From Elusimicrobiota bacterium (GTDB lineage Bacteria > Elusimicrobiota > Elusimicrobia > F11): 22,279 bases of DNA. Location of the stretch: assembly GCA_046153645.1 (NCBI GenBank), contig JBJXGI010000013.1, forward strand, positions 1-22,279, read 5' to 3'. Made by a program: the position numbers and the translations under genes. Numbering within the stretch: position 1 is the first letter of the stretch; each line of letters opens with the position of its first letter. Of the stretch, positions 7,993-17,985 are shown one piece after another. The notes below the pieces were generated by a model. It worked only from the letters and a program-made list of their open reading frames with translations. It was not told where the DNA came from and ran no database searches.

Positions 7993-8807
7993 AAGTTGTT
8001 GCTATTACCAATCAAAAGGGGGGCGTTGGAAAAACAACCACCGCTCTTAACCTCGCAACAGCCGTTGCTCTTCGTGGAATAAAAACGTTAATTATTGACA
8101 TGGATCCTCAAGCCAACGTCACTTCTGGCCTTGGTATTGCTAAAGGGGATGCGGAATCTAATGTTTACTCCGCTATTATTGGTCATAAATCAATAGCAGA
8201 AATTATTGTTAAAACTGAGGTGCCTCATTTGGATTTGGCGCCTTCGGGCATCGATTTGGTTGGATCCGAAATTGAATTGGCAGGAATGGAAGACCGGGAA
8301 AATCGCCTTAAAAAAGCACTCAACACCGTGGCTCATATTTATCAATTTGTTTTTCTTGATTGTCCCCCTTCATTGGGACTTTTAACTTTAAATGCGTTGG
8401 TTTCATCGAACACGGTTATCATTCCTATTCAATGCGAATATTATGCGTTGGAAGGATTAACACAATTAGTAAGAACTTTGGAATCAGTTCGGTCTCGTTA
8501 TAATCCCATACTTGATATTGAAGGTTTGGTTTTCACTATGTACGATGCTCGCTCTAATCTCACTCGACAAGTTCGAGAAGAGGTGGAAAAGCATTTTGGA
8601 AATAAGGCCTACCGCAACTGGATTCCTAGAAACATTCGTTTAGCGGAAGCCCCTGGTTTTGGAAAGCCCGGCGTTATTTATGACCCACAATCAATAGGCG
8701 CGCGTGCCTATAAACTTCTTGCTGATGAATTTTTACAAAACAATAATATAGGGGTTCACCAAGATATTTTAAACGAATCTATTTCAAAATCCATGGCGGT
8801 GATTTAA
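7989..8807 (+). CDS. parA: Chromosome partitioning ATPase ParA/Soj
   Basis: NQKGGVGKTTT deviant Walker A, DMDPQAN.TSGLG, DCPPSLGLLT.NAL, QCEYYALEGL, IPRNIRLAEAP. Confidence 0.95.
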   Translation: MKVVAITNQKGGVGKTTTALNLATAVALRGIKTLIIDMDPQANVTSGLGIAKGDAESNVYSAIIGHKSIAEIIVKTEVPHLDLAPSGIDLVGSEIELAGMEDRENRLKKALNTVAHIYQFVFLDCPPSLGLLTLNALVSSNTVIIPIQCEYYALEGLTQLVRTLESVRSRYNPILDIEGLVFTMYDARSNLTRQVREEVEKHFGNKAYRNWIPRNIRLAEAPGFGKPGVIYDPQSIGARAYKLLADEFLQNNNIGVHQDILNESISKSMAVI

Positions 8808-8808
8808 T

Positions 8809-9741
8809 ATGTCAGGACATAAAGCTTTAGGACGAGGCCTTGACGCACTTTTCGCTTCTACCAAATCAAAAGTTGCTACTCCCGAAACCAATACTCAGAT
8901 GGCGCCCGTTTCCGGCAACGAAGTTCGTGAAATTTCTGTCGATAAAATTAAACCCAATCGGCATCAACCTCGTACAAATTTTGAACATGAAGCGTTACAA
9001 GAATTAGCTGATTCAATTAAAACGCATGGTTTAGCGCAACCCATCTTAGTCACTGAAACAGGTGTTCCTGGCGAATATGAATTGGTTGCTGGTGAAAGGC
9101 GTTTACGTGCTTCTAAATTGGCCGGTTTAAGTGTGATTCCTTGTACGATTAAAAAACTATCCAACCGAGAGCGTTTTGAGGTGGCTCTCATAGAGAATAT
9201 TCAACGTCAAGATTTAAACCCACTCGAAGAAGCAGTGGCTTTTGATGGCATAATGAAAGAATATAGTTTAACCCAAGATCAATTGGCCACCGCCATTGGG
9301 AAAAGCCGATCGGCTGTTGCAAATATTTTAAGATTATTAAGACTTCATGTTGATGTTCAGTCAGCTCTTCGATCAGGCACAATTTCAGAGGGGCATGCGA
9401 AATGTTTGGCGGGGCTTCTCGATCAAAATGAACAATTAAAATGGTTAGAAAAAGTGATCACAGGAAACTTAAGCGTTCGTGAATTAGAAACCCTTATCTC
9501 TGGTCAAAAGGCTCAGAGCAAAGGGGGGGCAATAGTTAAAAAAGCAGCAATGAAATTGCCTGAAGTTCAAAAATTTGAAGATGATTTTCAACGATTGTTA
9601 GGTAGAAAAGTTGAAATTCAATCAGACGGGAAAAAAGGTTGGGTTAAATTTGCTTTTTATACGCCACTTGATTTAGAGGTTCTTTGTCAGCGATTGGGGT
9701 TATTGCCCAAAACTTCTGAACCCGAAGAAGAAAACCCGTAG
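8809..9741 (+). CDS. parB: Chromosome partitioning protein ParB/Spo0J
   Basis: LGRGLDAL, PN..QPR..F, AGERRLRA, ALIENIQRQDLNPLEEA, HTH GKSRSAVAN.LRLL. Confidence 0.95.
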   Translation: MSGHKALGRGLDALFASTKSKVATPETNTQMAPVSGNEVREISVDKIKPNRHQPRTNFEHEALQELADSIKTHGLAQPILVTETGVPGEYELVAGERRLRASKLAGLSVIPCTIKKLSNRERFEVALIENIQRQDLNPLEEAVAFDGIMKEYSLTQDQLATAIGKSRSAVANILRLLRLHVDVQSALRSGTISEGHAKCLAGLLDQNEQLKWLEKVITGNLSVRELETLISGQKAQSKGGAIVKKAAMKLPEVQKFEDDFQRLLGRKVEIQSDGKKGWVKFAFYTPLDLEVLCQRLGLLPKTSEPEEENP

Positions 9742-9750
9742 ATTAACTCC

Positions 9751-10884
9751 ATGTCATCCCTTCTTGAAGTAGACGTACAAAAAGAATTTGTTTCACAATT
9801 ACTTACCTGGTATAAACAAGAAGGTCGTCATGATATGCCATGGCGAAAAACACGTGATCCTTACGCGGTTTTACTTTCTGAGTTCATGCTTCAACAAACC
9901 ACGGTTGCAACTGTCCTTCCTTATTATGAAAGGTTCTTGAATAAGTTTCCCTCCATTGGGTCCTTAGCCAAGGCCAATCTGAATGACGTTTTGGCTTTAT
10001 GGTCAGGGTTGGGTTATTATGCGCGAGCTCGGCATCTTTGGGCGGCCAGTAAAGCCATTGTAGAAAAGTTTGATGGGCAGGTTCCTTCCCAAGTTAAAAG
10101 TTTGGAGTCTCTTCCTGGGATTGGTCCTTACACGGCAGGAGCCATTGCCTCCTTTGCTTTTAACGAACCCGCTGCGGTATTAGATGGAAATATTATTCGA
10201 GTGCTTATGCGGATTTTGGCGATTGAAGATGACCCGAAACTAAAAGCAGTTCAAGTCATCTTAAGAAAAGTTGGTTTTGATCTATCGGCTTTAAGAAAAT
10301 TAAAAACCAAAAAAAATAATAATTTGATGGGCCCTCGAGACGTGAATTTAGCTCTCATGGATTTGGGCTCCACTGTTTGTTTGCCTCAAAACCCTAAATG
10401 TTTAATTTGCCCAGTCGCATCTGCTTGTTTAGCTAAGAAATACGCAAAACAAAACAGTATCCCTATGAAAGGAGAAACGCCAGAACGTCCCACTGTTAAG
10501 AAATTATTTGCTGTAGTTGAAAAAAAGGGAGAGTGGCTTATGGGCCAGAGACCCTCAAAAGGTTTATTTGGAGGCCTTTGGGAGTTTATTGGCGCTGAAA
10601 CCGGTGCTGGCACAGACCCTGTTAATTTTATTGAAGATTTGGTGCAAGAAGAAACCCATATAAAGGTTCGGGTTGAACGCTCTATTGCCGCTTTTGAACA
10701 TGTCCTAACTCACAGAACCTTTATTATTAAACCTTTTATTTGTTCGGGTTCACGTAATGAACTCAGTCGCCCATTACCGCAGAAAGGAATTCAATATGAG
10801 AGATTTAAGTGGGTATTGTCAAAAAATATCCCAAAGCTTGGAATCTCAGCCTTTACGCGAAGAATTATTTCTCAAATAGAATAA
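9751..10884 (+). CDS. mutY: A/G-specific adenine glycosylase MutY
   Basis: PWR...PY.V.LSE.MLQQT, W.GLGYY.RAR, HhH LPGIGPYTAGAI, DGN..RV, Fe-S motif C-x6-C-x2-C-x5-C, C-terminal GL.GGLWEF NUDIX-like domain. Confidence 0.93.
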   Translation: MSSLLEVDVQKEFVSQLLTWYKQEGRHDMPWRKTRDPYAVLLSEFMLQQTTVATVLPYYERFLNKFPSIGSLAKANLNDVLALWSGLGYYARARHLWAASKAIVEKFDGQVPSQVKSLESLPGIGPYTAGAIASFAFNEPAAVLDGNIIRVLMRILAIEDDPKLKAVQVILRKVGFDLSALRKLKTKKNNNLMGPRDVNLALMDLGSTVCLPQNPKCLICPVASACLAKKYAKQNSIPMKGETPERPTVKKLFAVVEKKGEWLMGQRPSKGLFGGLWEFIGAETGAGTDPVNFIEDLVQEETHIKVRVERSIAAFEHVLTHRTFIIKPFICSGSRNELSRPLPQKGIQYERFKWVLSKNIPKLGISAFTRRIISQIE

Positions 10885-10942
10885 CGTTTTGTTTGGGGGT
10901 ATTTTCAGGGCATCCCTTGTGAATTTTTTCTGAGAATTTTGA

Positions 10943-10972
10943 TTGACGCTTCTAACTAAAATAAAGTAGGAT
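10943..10972 (+). promoter_or_regulatory. Putative promoter of the rpsP operon
   Basis: TTGACG(10943-10948)-18 nt-TAGGAT(10967-10972). Confidence 0.5.
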
Positions 10973-11072
10973 TCTGCCTCATTCCAACTAAAGGGATGTA
11001 TAGACCGGCACCAAATGATCAATCTAAGGGTGCGCGGTTTTTTATTTTTTAAAAATTAAAGAGAGATAAATA

Positions 11073-11348
11073 ATGAGTGTTAGATTAAGATTTAATCGTA
11101 TCGGACGGCCGCATGCCCCCTATTTCAGACTCGTTGCCATTGATCGTCGGCAAGCTAGAGATGCTTCTCCGATTGAAGTTCTTGGAACATTTAATCCAAA
11201 AAAAATTAGCGTACCAGAATCTTTAAATATTGAACGAGTTAAACATTGGGTATCTGTTGGTGCGCAACCCAGCGATACTGTTGTTCATGCTCTCAAAGTT
11301 TCAGGTTTTTGGAATCAAGTAAAACCGACAAAAGTCACCCCTAAATAA
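11073..11348 (+). CDS. rpsP: 30S ribosomal protein S16
   Basis: MSVRLR..R.G....PY.R.VA.D.R..RD...IE.LG..NP...W...GAQPSDTV. Confidence 0.96.
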   Translation: MSVRLRFNRIGRPHAPYFRLVAIDRRQARDASPIEVLGTFNPKKISVPESLNIERVKHWVSVGAQPSDTVVHALKVSGFWNQVKPTKVTPK

Positions 11349-11399
11349 TCTTTTCTTAAGACCAAGAGTAGAGGATATATCCTTTACAAAGAACCTTTT

Positions 11400-11648
11400 A
11401 TGGAAGAAAAGAAAATTTATTTAGTGAAGGATCTGGATGGATGTGAAGTGATAACAACCACCGGTGAAAACTTAGGAAAGTTGCGAGACGTGTTACCAAC
11501 AAAGAGTAACGATATTTACGTGGTTATTGGCGAAGGTGAAAAAGAGATTTTAATTCCAGCGCTTAGAAGTGTTGTTTTAAGCATAGATATTGAAAGAAAA
11601 CGAATCGAAGTAGATTTGCCTGATGGACTTAAAAATCCACTGGGATGA
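11400..11648 (+). CDS. rimM: RimM, PRC-barrel domain only
   Basis: Y...DL.G.EV....G..LG....V.....NDIYVV.....EILIPA...VV..ID......V..PDGL. Lies between rpsP and trmD. Confidence 0.8.
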   Translation: MEEKKIYLVKDLDGCEVITTTGENLGKLRDVLPTKSNDIYVVIGEGEKEILIPALRSVVLSIDIERKRIEVDLPDGLKNPLG

Positions 11649-12385
11649 GAAAAATTAAGCCAGTTATTTTTGATGTTGTAACTTTATTCCCTCGGATGTT
11701 TGAGGGCCCGATGACTGAAAGTATCATTCGAAAAGCTCAAAAAGAAGGCTTGATTGAAGTAAGAGTTCATAATTTACGGCAGTGGTCAATTGATTCAAGG
11801 CATTCAAAAGTTGATGACCGGCCTTTCGGCGGTGGCGCTGGAATGGTGATACAAGCCGAACCAATTTATCGAGCTATCAAAGATCTTGGTGGTTTGAAGA
11901 AAAAAAATAAACCTTGGGTGGTTTATTTGTCTCCGCAAGGGACGCGTTTTTCGCAGGATCTTGGTGAAAAGATAGCGAAAAAACAACATGTTCTTTTTAT
12001 TTGTGGTCATTATGAAGGGATTGATGAAAGAGTGATGGAATTCATCGATCAGGAGATCTCTATCGGAGATTACATCTTGACAGGAGGCGAACTTCCGGTC
12101 ATGGTTGTTATTGATGCGGTTTCGAGATTCCTCCCTGGTGTTGTTGGAGACCCAGAATCTGTTAAAAATGATTCGTTCGCAAACGGGTTGTTAGATACAG
12201 CGCATTACACAAGACCCGGTATTTGGCGAGGGAAAGCGGTTCCTCCCGTTCTTTTATCTGGTGATCACAAAAAAATAGCTCAATGGCGGGAGAAAAGAGC
12301 CTTTGAGCAAACGAAAAAGAAACGGCCAGATTTGTTGAAAAATAAAATTTTAAAGAAAAATAATAATTCGAAGATTTCGAATTAA
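11645..12385 (+). CDS. trmD: tRNA (guanine-N1)-methyltransferase TrmD
   Basis: [59 protein letters not shown]. Confidence 0.97.
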   Translation: MRKIKPVIFDVVTLFPRMFEGPMTESIIRKAQKEGLIEVRVHNLRQWSIDSRHSKVDDRPFGGGAGMVIQAEPIYRAIKDLGGLKKKNKPWVVYLSPQGTRFSQDLGEKIAKKQHVLFICGHYEGIDERVMEFIDQEISIGDYILTGGELPVMVVIDAVSRFLPGVVGDPESVKNDSFANGLLDTAHYTRPGIWRGKAVPPVLLSGDHKKIAQWREKRAFEQTKKKRPDLLKNKILKKNNNSKISN

Positions 12386-12401
12386 CTCGAAGGTGAGTGA
12401 T

Positions 12402-12839
12402 ATGAATAAACAAGATATTCTTCAATATGTAGATAAAAAATTTCAGAAAAAAGAAATTGCTGATTTTAATGTCGGTGATACCGTCAAGGTGCATGTGAAA
12501 ATTGTTGAAGGCGATACCGCTCGAATTCAAGTTTTTGAAGGTGTTGTTATTTCTTTTAAGGGACATGGTTTAGCTCGAACTTTTACTGCAAGAAAAATTT
12601 CTTTTGGTGTTGGTGTAGAAAGGATTTTCCCTCTTGTTTCTCCGAATGTTGATAAAATTGAAGTAGTTCGTTCGAGCCATACACGTCGTGCAAAACTTTA
12701 TTATCTCCGTGATCGAATCGGTCGTGCAGCTAAATTAGAAGAAAAAGAGATCGTTAACTTAGATAAAAAAGTCGAAAACAAATTAAATCCTATTGCCTCT
12801 TCCCCTAAAGAAGAATTGGTTGCGGCTCCTCAAAAATAA
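12402..12839 (+). CDS. rplS: 50S ribosomal protein L19
   Basis: F.VGDTV.VHVKI.EG...[36 protein letters not shown] at 12402 preferred because it follows AAGGTGA. Confidence 0.96.
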   Translation: MNKQDILQYVDKKFQKKEIADFNVGDTVKVHVKIVEGDTARIQVFEGVVISFKGHGLARTFTARKISFGVGVERIFPLVSPNVDKIEVVRSSHTRRAKLYYLRDRIGRAAKLEEKEIVNLDKKVENKLNPIASSPKEELVAAPQK

Positions 12840-12857
12840 TAAACTCATTTCCGTTTG

Positions 12858-13577
12858 ATGAGTGAACAACTTTTTGAAAACGGATACGAATTCGATTTTC
12901 GGTTTAGACAAAACAACTCCTCTCTTTTTCCTCATTTTTTAATAGCTGGTGTTGATGAAGTTGGACGAGGACCGCTGGCTGGTCCTGTTGTTTCATCGGC
13001 CGTTATTCTCCCCTCCTCTCCTCAGATTATTGGTCTTAATGACAGTAAAATGTTATCCCCTCAAAAGAGAGAAATTTTGGTTCAAGAAATCAAACTAAAT
13101 GCTTTGTCCTGGACTGTCTCTATCGTTGATTCAAATCGAATTGATGAAATTAATATTCTTCAAGCTACCTTGGAGAGCATGCAGCAATCAATACGAGACT
13201 TAAAACCGGTCCCGCATCTTGTTTTGATTGACGGGAATAGATCTCCTGGGAGTGGTTTAAACGAGCAAGCCATTGTTAAAGGAGATACATTGAGCGCATC
13301 TATTATGGCAGCTAGTATCTTGGCAAAAGTAACTCGAGATCAAATTATGTTAGAAGCCAATATTCAATTTCCTCAATATGGTTTTGATCAACATAAAGGT
13401 TATGGATCGCCTCAGCATTTAGAGGCTCTCAAAAAATGGGGATTTTGTTCGCTCCATCGAAAAAGTTTTGAACCAGTTAAATCAATGACCACACAAACCG
13501 TTTTCATTTCAAACCCCTCCGACAAGGAGAGGTTATGGAAGAAAGAGGAAAAAAAGAAGGTTACCGTCAAAGACTAG
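12858..13577 (+). CDS. rnhB: Ribonuclease HII
   Basis: AGVDEVGRGPLAGPV, DSK.L, ID.INILQAT, LIDGN, KGD..S.SI.AASILAKV.RD, HKGYG, HR.SF.PV. Confidence 0.96.
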   Translation: MSEQLFENGYEFDFRFRQNNSSLFPHFLIAGVDEVGRGPLAGPVVSSAVILPSSPQIIGLNDSKMLSPQKREILVQEIKLNALSWTVSIVDSNRIDEINILQATLESMQQSIRDLKPVPHLVLIDGNRSPGSGLNEQAIVKGDTLSASIMAASILAKVTRDQIMLEANIQFPQYGFDQHKGYGSPQHLEALKKWGFCSLHRKSFEPVKSMTTQTVFISNPSDKERLWKKEEKKKVTVKD

Positions 13578-13921
13578 GGAAAGAAGGCGAAACAAAAGCA
13601 TTAGAGTTTTTGGAAAATAAAGGATTCAAGCTTATTGAGAAAAATTATCGATGTAGAGAAGGGGAAGTTGATCTTATTTGTCAGGATAAAAATACCATTG
13701 TTTTTGTCGAGGTTAAAAATCGAACCAGTGAAACTTATGGCCTTCCCCAAGAAGCGGTAACATTGAATAAAAAAAGAAAAATGATAAAAGCGGCACTCAC
13801 ATTTTTACAAGAAAAAAATATGTGGGATCAGTCTGTTCGATTTGATGTGGTGTCAGTGGGTTCTGAAAAATTAACACATTTTCGTGGCGCTTTTGGCGGG
13901 TTTAAAGAGTATTATTTTTGA
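13535..13921 (+). CDS. yraN: YraN family (UPF0102) PD-(D/E)xK protein
   Basis: LG..GE..A..FL...G..I..NYR...GEVDLI......VFVEVK.R....G.P.EAV...K, RFDVV. Confidence 0.92.
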   Translation: MEERGKKEGYRQRLGKEGETKALEFLENKGFKLIEKNYRCREGEVDLICQDKNTIVFVEVKNRTSETYGLPQEAVTLNKKRKMIKAALTFLQEKNMWDQSVRFDVVSVGSEKLTHFRGAFGGFKEYYF

Positions 13922-13938
13922 AAGTATGAGGAGAATTT

Positions 13939-14496
13939 ATGAGAATTAGGAAACTTTTTAAAGCAGAAATGGCGCATACAACGGTGGGTGCCTATACAAA
14001 AAGATGCCATCATATTCATGGACATAGTTATAAGTTTGAGCTTTTTTTAAAGAGTACTCAACCCAATGCTGCTCAAATGGTTTCAGATTTTCGAGCCGTT
14101 AAAGATATTGGAATGAATGATTTTTTTGATTCTTTCGATCATGCTGTTCTTATTTGGGAAAAAGATGTGCGTGTTCCTATTATTAGCCAGATTAATCCAG
14201 AGCGTCACATTGTTGTGCCTTTCAATCCAACTGCAGAAATGATGGCAAAGGCATTTTTTTATGTGGCATCGGCTATTCTAAAAGTGGGACCAAAGTTGAG
14301 TGGTGAACAAGATGTTTCGGTTGATGAAATAATGATACATGAAACCGATACTGGTTACGCATCGTTTTCCGCTGTGGATGCTCAAACAGATCAGTTTCCA
14401 TCAATAGAATTTCCTAAATGGAAATTCTCAAACGGCATTCAAGCCGAATGGAAAGACAGCACTTGGTTTGATCAGATAAAGAAAACTTTAAGTTAG
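13939..14496 (+). CDS. queD: 6-carboxytetrahydropterin synthase (QueD/PTPS family)
   Basis: F..E.AH......C..IHGHSY, MV.DF, FDHA, NPTAE, HET motif. SD GAGGAG upstream. Confidence 0.75.
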   Translation: MRIRKLFKAEMAHTTVGAYTKRCHHIHGHSYKFELFLKSTQPNAAQMVSDFRAVKDIGMNDFFDSFDHAVLIWEKDVRVPIISQINPERHIVVPFNPTAEMMAKAFFYVASAILKVGPKLSGEQDVSVDEIMIHETDTGYASFSAVDAQTDQFPSIEFPKWKFSNGIQAEWKDSTWFDQIKKTLS

Positions 14497-15266
14497 TTTT
14501 TCTGGTTTAGCTTATTTAAAAATCCACTAATAAGATCAAGTGGGAGAGGGAATATAATGGTGGAGCTTTTCCCTGATGTCATTTCGCGCGCAGTTTGTAA
14601 GTACCGAAGCTGAAGAGCGCCCGGTTCTTTGGCTAAAACACCTGCCGCTTCAGAGAGTTTTTGAGAAGCTTGTAGTTCTCCTTCTGCATTGATAATTTTA
14701 GCTCTTCTTTCTCTTTCTGCTTCTGCTTGTTGGGCCATGGCGCGCTGCATGCTTTCAGGGATTTGTACATCTTTTAACTCAACAATACTGACTTTAATTC
14801 CCCATGGATCGGTTTGATGGTCAATAATCTTTTGAAGCTTTAGGTTGAGTTGTTCTCGTTCTGATAATAAGTCGTCAAGTGGTACTTGTCCCACCACACT
14901 TCTCATTGATGTTTGCGCGATTTGTGAGGTGGCCAATATAAAGTTTTGAACTGCTGTAACGGCTTTATTGGGGTCAACAACCCGGAAATAAGCAACCGCA
15001 TTAACCTTTACAGTTACATTATCTCTTGTAATAATTTCTTGGGCGGGAACGTCTAGTGTGATGGTCCTTAAATCAACTCGAACCATGCGATCAATAAAAG
15101 GAATAATGATAATGAGCCCAGGGCCTTTAACATCAATAAGTCTTCCGAGTCTAAAAACGACCCCTCTTTCGTATTCTGATAATACTTTTGCCCCATTGGT
15201 TACAATAAAACCAATGATAATGACGGGGAAAAAAAGTGTTCCGATAATACCAGGTAAAAAATCCAT
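14493..15266 (-). CDS. SPFH/stomatin (slipin) family membrane protein
   Basis: EYERGVVFRLGR...KGPGL, VDLR..T.DVP.QE.ITRDNV.V.VNAV, AMA.QAEAERERRAK.I.A.GE.QAS, ALQLRYLQT. Confidence 0.94.
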   Translation of the reverse strand: MDFLPGIIGTLFFPVIIIGFIVTNGAKVLSEYERGVVFRLGRLIDVKGPGLIIIIPFIDRMVRVDLRTITLDVPAQEIITRDNVTVKVNAVAYFRVVDPNKAVTAVQNFILATSQIAQTSMRSVVGQVPLDDLLSEREQLNLKLQKIIDHQTDPWGIKVSIVELKDVQIPESMQRAMAQQAEAERERRAKIINAEGELQASQKLSEAAGVLAKEPGALQLRYLQTAREMTSGKSSTIIFPLPLDLISGFLNKLNQKN

Positions 15267-15279
15267 AAATGACTCCTAT

Positions 15280-16602
15280 TTAATTTATTTTTTGAACCAC
15301 GAACTGATTGCCTTCTCTGCTAATGATTTTAACTCTTTCACCAACCGAAATGTGTTCATTTGATTGCGCAGCCCATAATTCTCCAATAACAAAAATTTGA
15401 CCGGTGTTGTGCGGGGAAATTGCGTCTTTTACTTCAGCGGTTAATCCAATAAATGTTTCTATTCCTGTTTTTGGTTTTTGCTTTTTAGCGCTTAAAATCT
15501 TTTTTAAGAGGATGCCGAAAAATAGAATGTTTGTCAGAAAAAAAGAGCCAATAATCTCTAGCGAAATTCGGGGGAAATTTAAATTTCCTTGCACATCGAT
15601 TAAAAGGAGTGACCCTGCAGTGAAGGCAGCAATGCCTCCCATAATAAGAATTCCATGCGATACAATAAAAATTTCCATCACAAATAAAATTGCGCCTAGT
15701 ATGAGTAATGCCATTCCGACTGTATTAATGGGCAAAACTTGAAGCCCAAAAAAAGCCAATAAAAGAGAAATTCCTCCAATAGCGCCACCCAGTCCAATAC
15801 CTGGCGCTGCCAATTCATAAATAAGGCCATAGATGCCAATGGTCATTAAAATATAGGCAATATTTGGATGGGCGATTGTTTGTAAAAACTTTTTTATTTG
15901 AGTCATGGGATGATTTTGAATGTTGGGGTTTTTTGTATCGAGAATAATGGTCTGTGAGTTTTTTAATAACTTTTTTCCGTGAATCTGACTAAGTAAATCT
16001 TTCAGCGATGGCGAAATAAATTCGATAACATTTTGTTTCAGCGCCTCATCAGAAGTTAAAGAAACACTTTCTCGTACTGCTTTTTCCGCCCAAATATAAT
16101 TTCTTCCTCGGTTTTGAGCCAATGTTTTAATGTAGGCGACTGAATCTGAAACAGCTTTTTCTTCGTTGACTGAGATCTTAAGAGGAGAGTTCTTTTTTGT
16201 TTTTTCTCGTTCGGTGGTTTCTCCTACAGAAACAGGATGAGCTGCACCGATATGAGTTTCTGGTGCCATTGCCGCAATATCTGAGGCCATAGTAATAAAA
16301 ACACCAGCGGAGGTTGCTCTTGCCCCCTTTGGTGTGACATAAACAACGACCGGAATATTTGAATTAATCATTTTCTCAATGATGGATCTCGTGCTATCTA
16401 GAAGTCCGCCGGGCGTATTAAGCTCTATGATAATGAGATGCGCGTTTTCAGTTGAAGCTTTGGTTATTTCTTTTTCTATATATTGATTAATAATTGGAGT
16501 AATGATGCCATCAATCGTGAGAACGATAATATTTTTATTATCGGCAGAAGCAGACAATAGAGTAAAAAAGCTAAGAAAAAAAAGGAAAAAGTAGCGTTTC
16601 AT
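15280..16602 (-). CDS. nfeD: NfeD-type membrane-bound serine protease (ClpP class)
   Basis: L.TPGGL, PVVVYV.P.GARA.SAG, MAP.T.IGAAHPV, transmembrane region, C-terminal G...V.GE.W.A OB domain. Adjacent to the stomatin gene. Confidence 0.92.
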   Translation of the reverse strand: MKRYFFLFFLSFFTLLSASADNKNIIVLTIDGIITPIINQYIEKEITKASTENAHLIIIELNTPGGLLDSTRSIIEKMINSNIPVVVYVTPKGARATSAGVFITMASDIAAMAPETHIGAAHPVSVGETTEREKTKKNSPLKISVNEEKAVSDSVAYIKTLAQNRGRNYIWAEKAVRESVSLTSDEALKQNVIEFISPSLKDLLSQIHGKKLLKNSQTIILDTKNPNIQNHPMTQIKKFLQTIAHPNIAYILMTIGIYGLIYELAAPGIGLGGAIGGISLLLAFFGLQVLPINTVGMALLILGAILFVMEIFIVSHGILIMGGIAAFTAGSLLLIDVQGNLNFPRISLEIIGSFFLTNILFFGILLKKILSAKKQKPKTGIETFIGLTAEVKDAISPHNTGQIFVIGELWAAQSNEHISVGERVKIISREGNQFVVQKIN

Positions 16603-16623
16603 GATTTTTTTACTAATAAGGGC

Positions 16624-17073
16624 TTAATAAGATGACCAAATAATACTTTTTGTATCCTGGTGTAAGCAATTAATAGACACATTTCCATTTGAAGGCGTGT
16701 AAAACCAAGCTCCGGTTGCCATATCATCAAAACTGGTAACAACCCCTCTAATGTTTATATGTCCTGGGTTTGAATTGGGAGAATAAGTTGGAATCGTAAC
16801 TTCTGGAATTTCACTCATATAGCGCATTCCATTTGTGAGGGCTGGAAGCAAATCTGTGGGAAAAATTTCATTATCTGAGTAATAAATACTGATAGCACTT
16901 TTTAAGCTCGAAAGAGCGCCTTTCACTTTTCCTTCTTTTGATTTATTAATGGTTTCAGCAAATTTAGGAATTGCTACCGCTGCAAGAATCCCAATAATAG
17001 CAACGACGACCATTAATTCTATTAATGTAAAAGCTTTCGTTGAGATGTGATGAACTTTATACTTAATTTGCAT
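16624..17073 (-). CDS. Type IV pilin/pseudopilin (GspG-like) protein
   Basis: Prepilin motif KA|FTLIELMVVVAIIGILAA.AIP.F with Glu at +5, then L..L.SAI..YY.D...FP..L. Confidence 0.85.
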   Translation of the reverse strand: MQIKYKVHHISTKAFTLIELMVVVAIIGILAAVAIPKFAETINKSKEGKVKGALSSLKSAISIYYSDNEIFPTDLLPALTNGMRYMSEIPEVTIPTYSPNSNPGHINIRGVVTSFDDMATGAWFYTPSNGNVSINCLHQDTKSIIWSSY

Positions 17074-17210
17074 ATCAAATCAAACCAAGCAGGGATTGAT
17101 TTGTCAAGGAATTCATCAAATATTTACATGGTTTCCTTTTAATTAAAGAATTAGTAGATTCAATGTCCCTCCTGAATTAAACCGATTGTTTCCCCTTCAA
17201 TTGAGGTCTT

Positions 17211-17864
17211 ATGTTATCAGTTGTTTCATCTGCAGCACTCCTTGGTATTGATGGTGTTCAAGTTGATGTTGAGGTTGATTTTCGAGCAGGGTTACCAGCG
17301 TTTTCTATAGTGGGTTTACCCGATGCTGGAGTAAAAGAATCTAAAGAGCGTGTTATAGCGGCTCTCAAAAATTCCAATTATTTTTTCCCCCTACAAAGAA
17401 TTACTGTAAATCTAGCACCTGGGCACATTCGCAAAGAAGGAACAACTTTTGACCTGGCCATTGCTATTGGCATATTATCTACGACAGGATTGATATCTGC
17501 TGAAAGTACAGAAAATACTGCTTTTCTTGGAGAATTAGGACTGAATGGTGATTTACGCCCTATTCGAGGGGTGCTTCCCTGTGTTTCTGGGCTCTTTAAA
17601 AAAGGGATCAAAAGAGTATTTGTGGCCAAACCAAATGCTGATGAGGCGGCGTTGGTTGAGAATTTGGAGGTTTATGGGGCAAAAAACTTAATTGAAGTTG
17701 TGTCTCATCTCATGGGAGAAAACCATATTCCTGTTCACACAATAAACCATCAGCATATTTTTTCTGCGTCCTATTCAAATGACGTTGATTTTTCTGAAGT
17801 AAAGGGGCAACTTTTGGCGAAGCGAGCGCTAGAAATTGCTGCGGCGGGGGGGCATAATTTATTG
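17211..17864 (+). pseudogene. comM: comM/yifB (Mg-chelatase-like AAA+ ATPase), 5' half interrupted by an insertion
   Basis: VEVD...GLP.F.IVGLPD..VKES.ERV, RITVNLAP....KEG..FDL.IA, GEL.L.G.LRP, DF.EVKGQ..AKRALEIAAAGGHNLL. Homology stops there, without GPPG.GK, and an unrelated tail ends at a stop at 17891. Confidence 0.9.
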
Positions 17865-17985
17865 TGCTTATGCGTCAAGGGGGTGGTTTGAAAATAGTTG
17901 ATAATCAGTATGTATGGGGCGAAAGAAATTTATTATTACATTGAGAGCCATCTCTAGTTGCCAGATTTTAGATACAATCTGCTAC

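Noticed and set aside
7989..9741. parS site near parAB
   Set aside because: I noticed no match to TGTTTCACGTGAAACA by eye.
13939..14496. Lone queD as part of a 7-deazaguanine DNA-modification system
   Set aside because: No dpdA, queC, queE or folE nearby. It sits at the end of a housekeeping operon.
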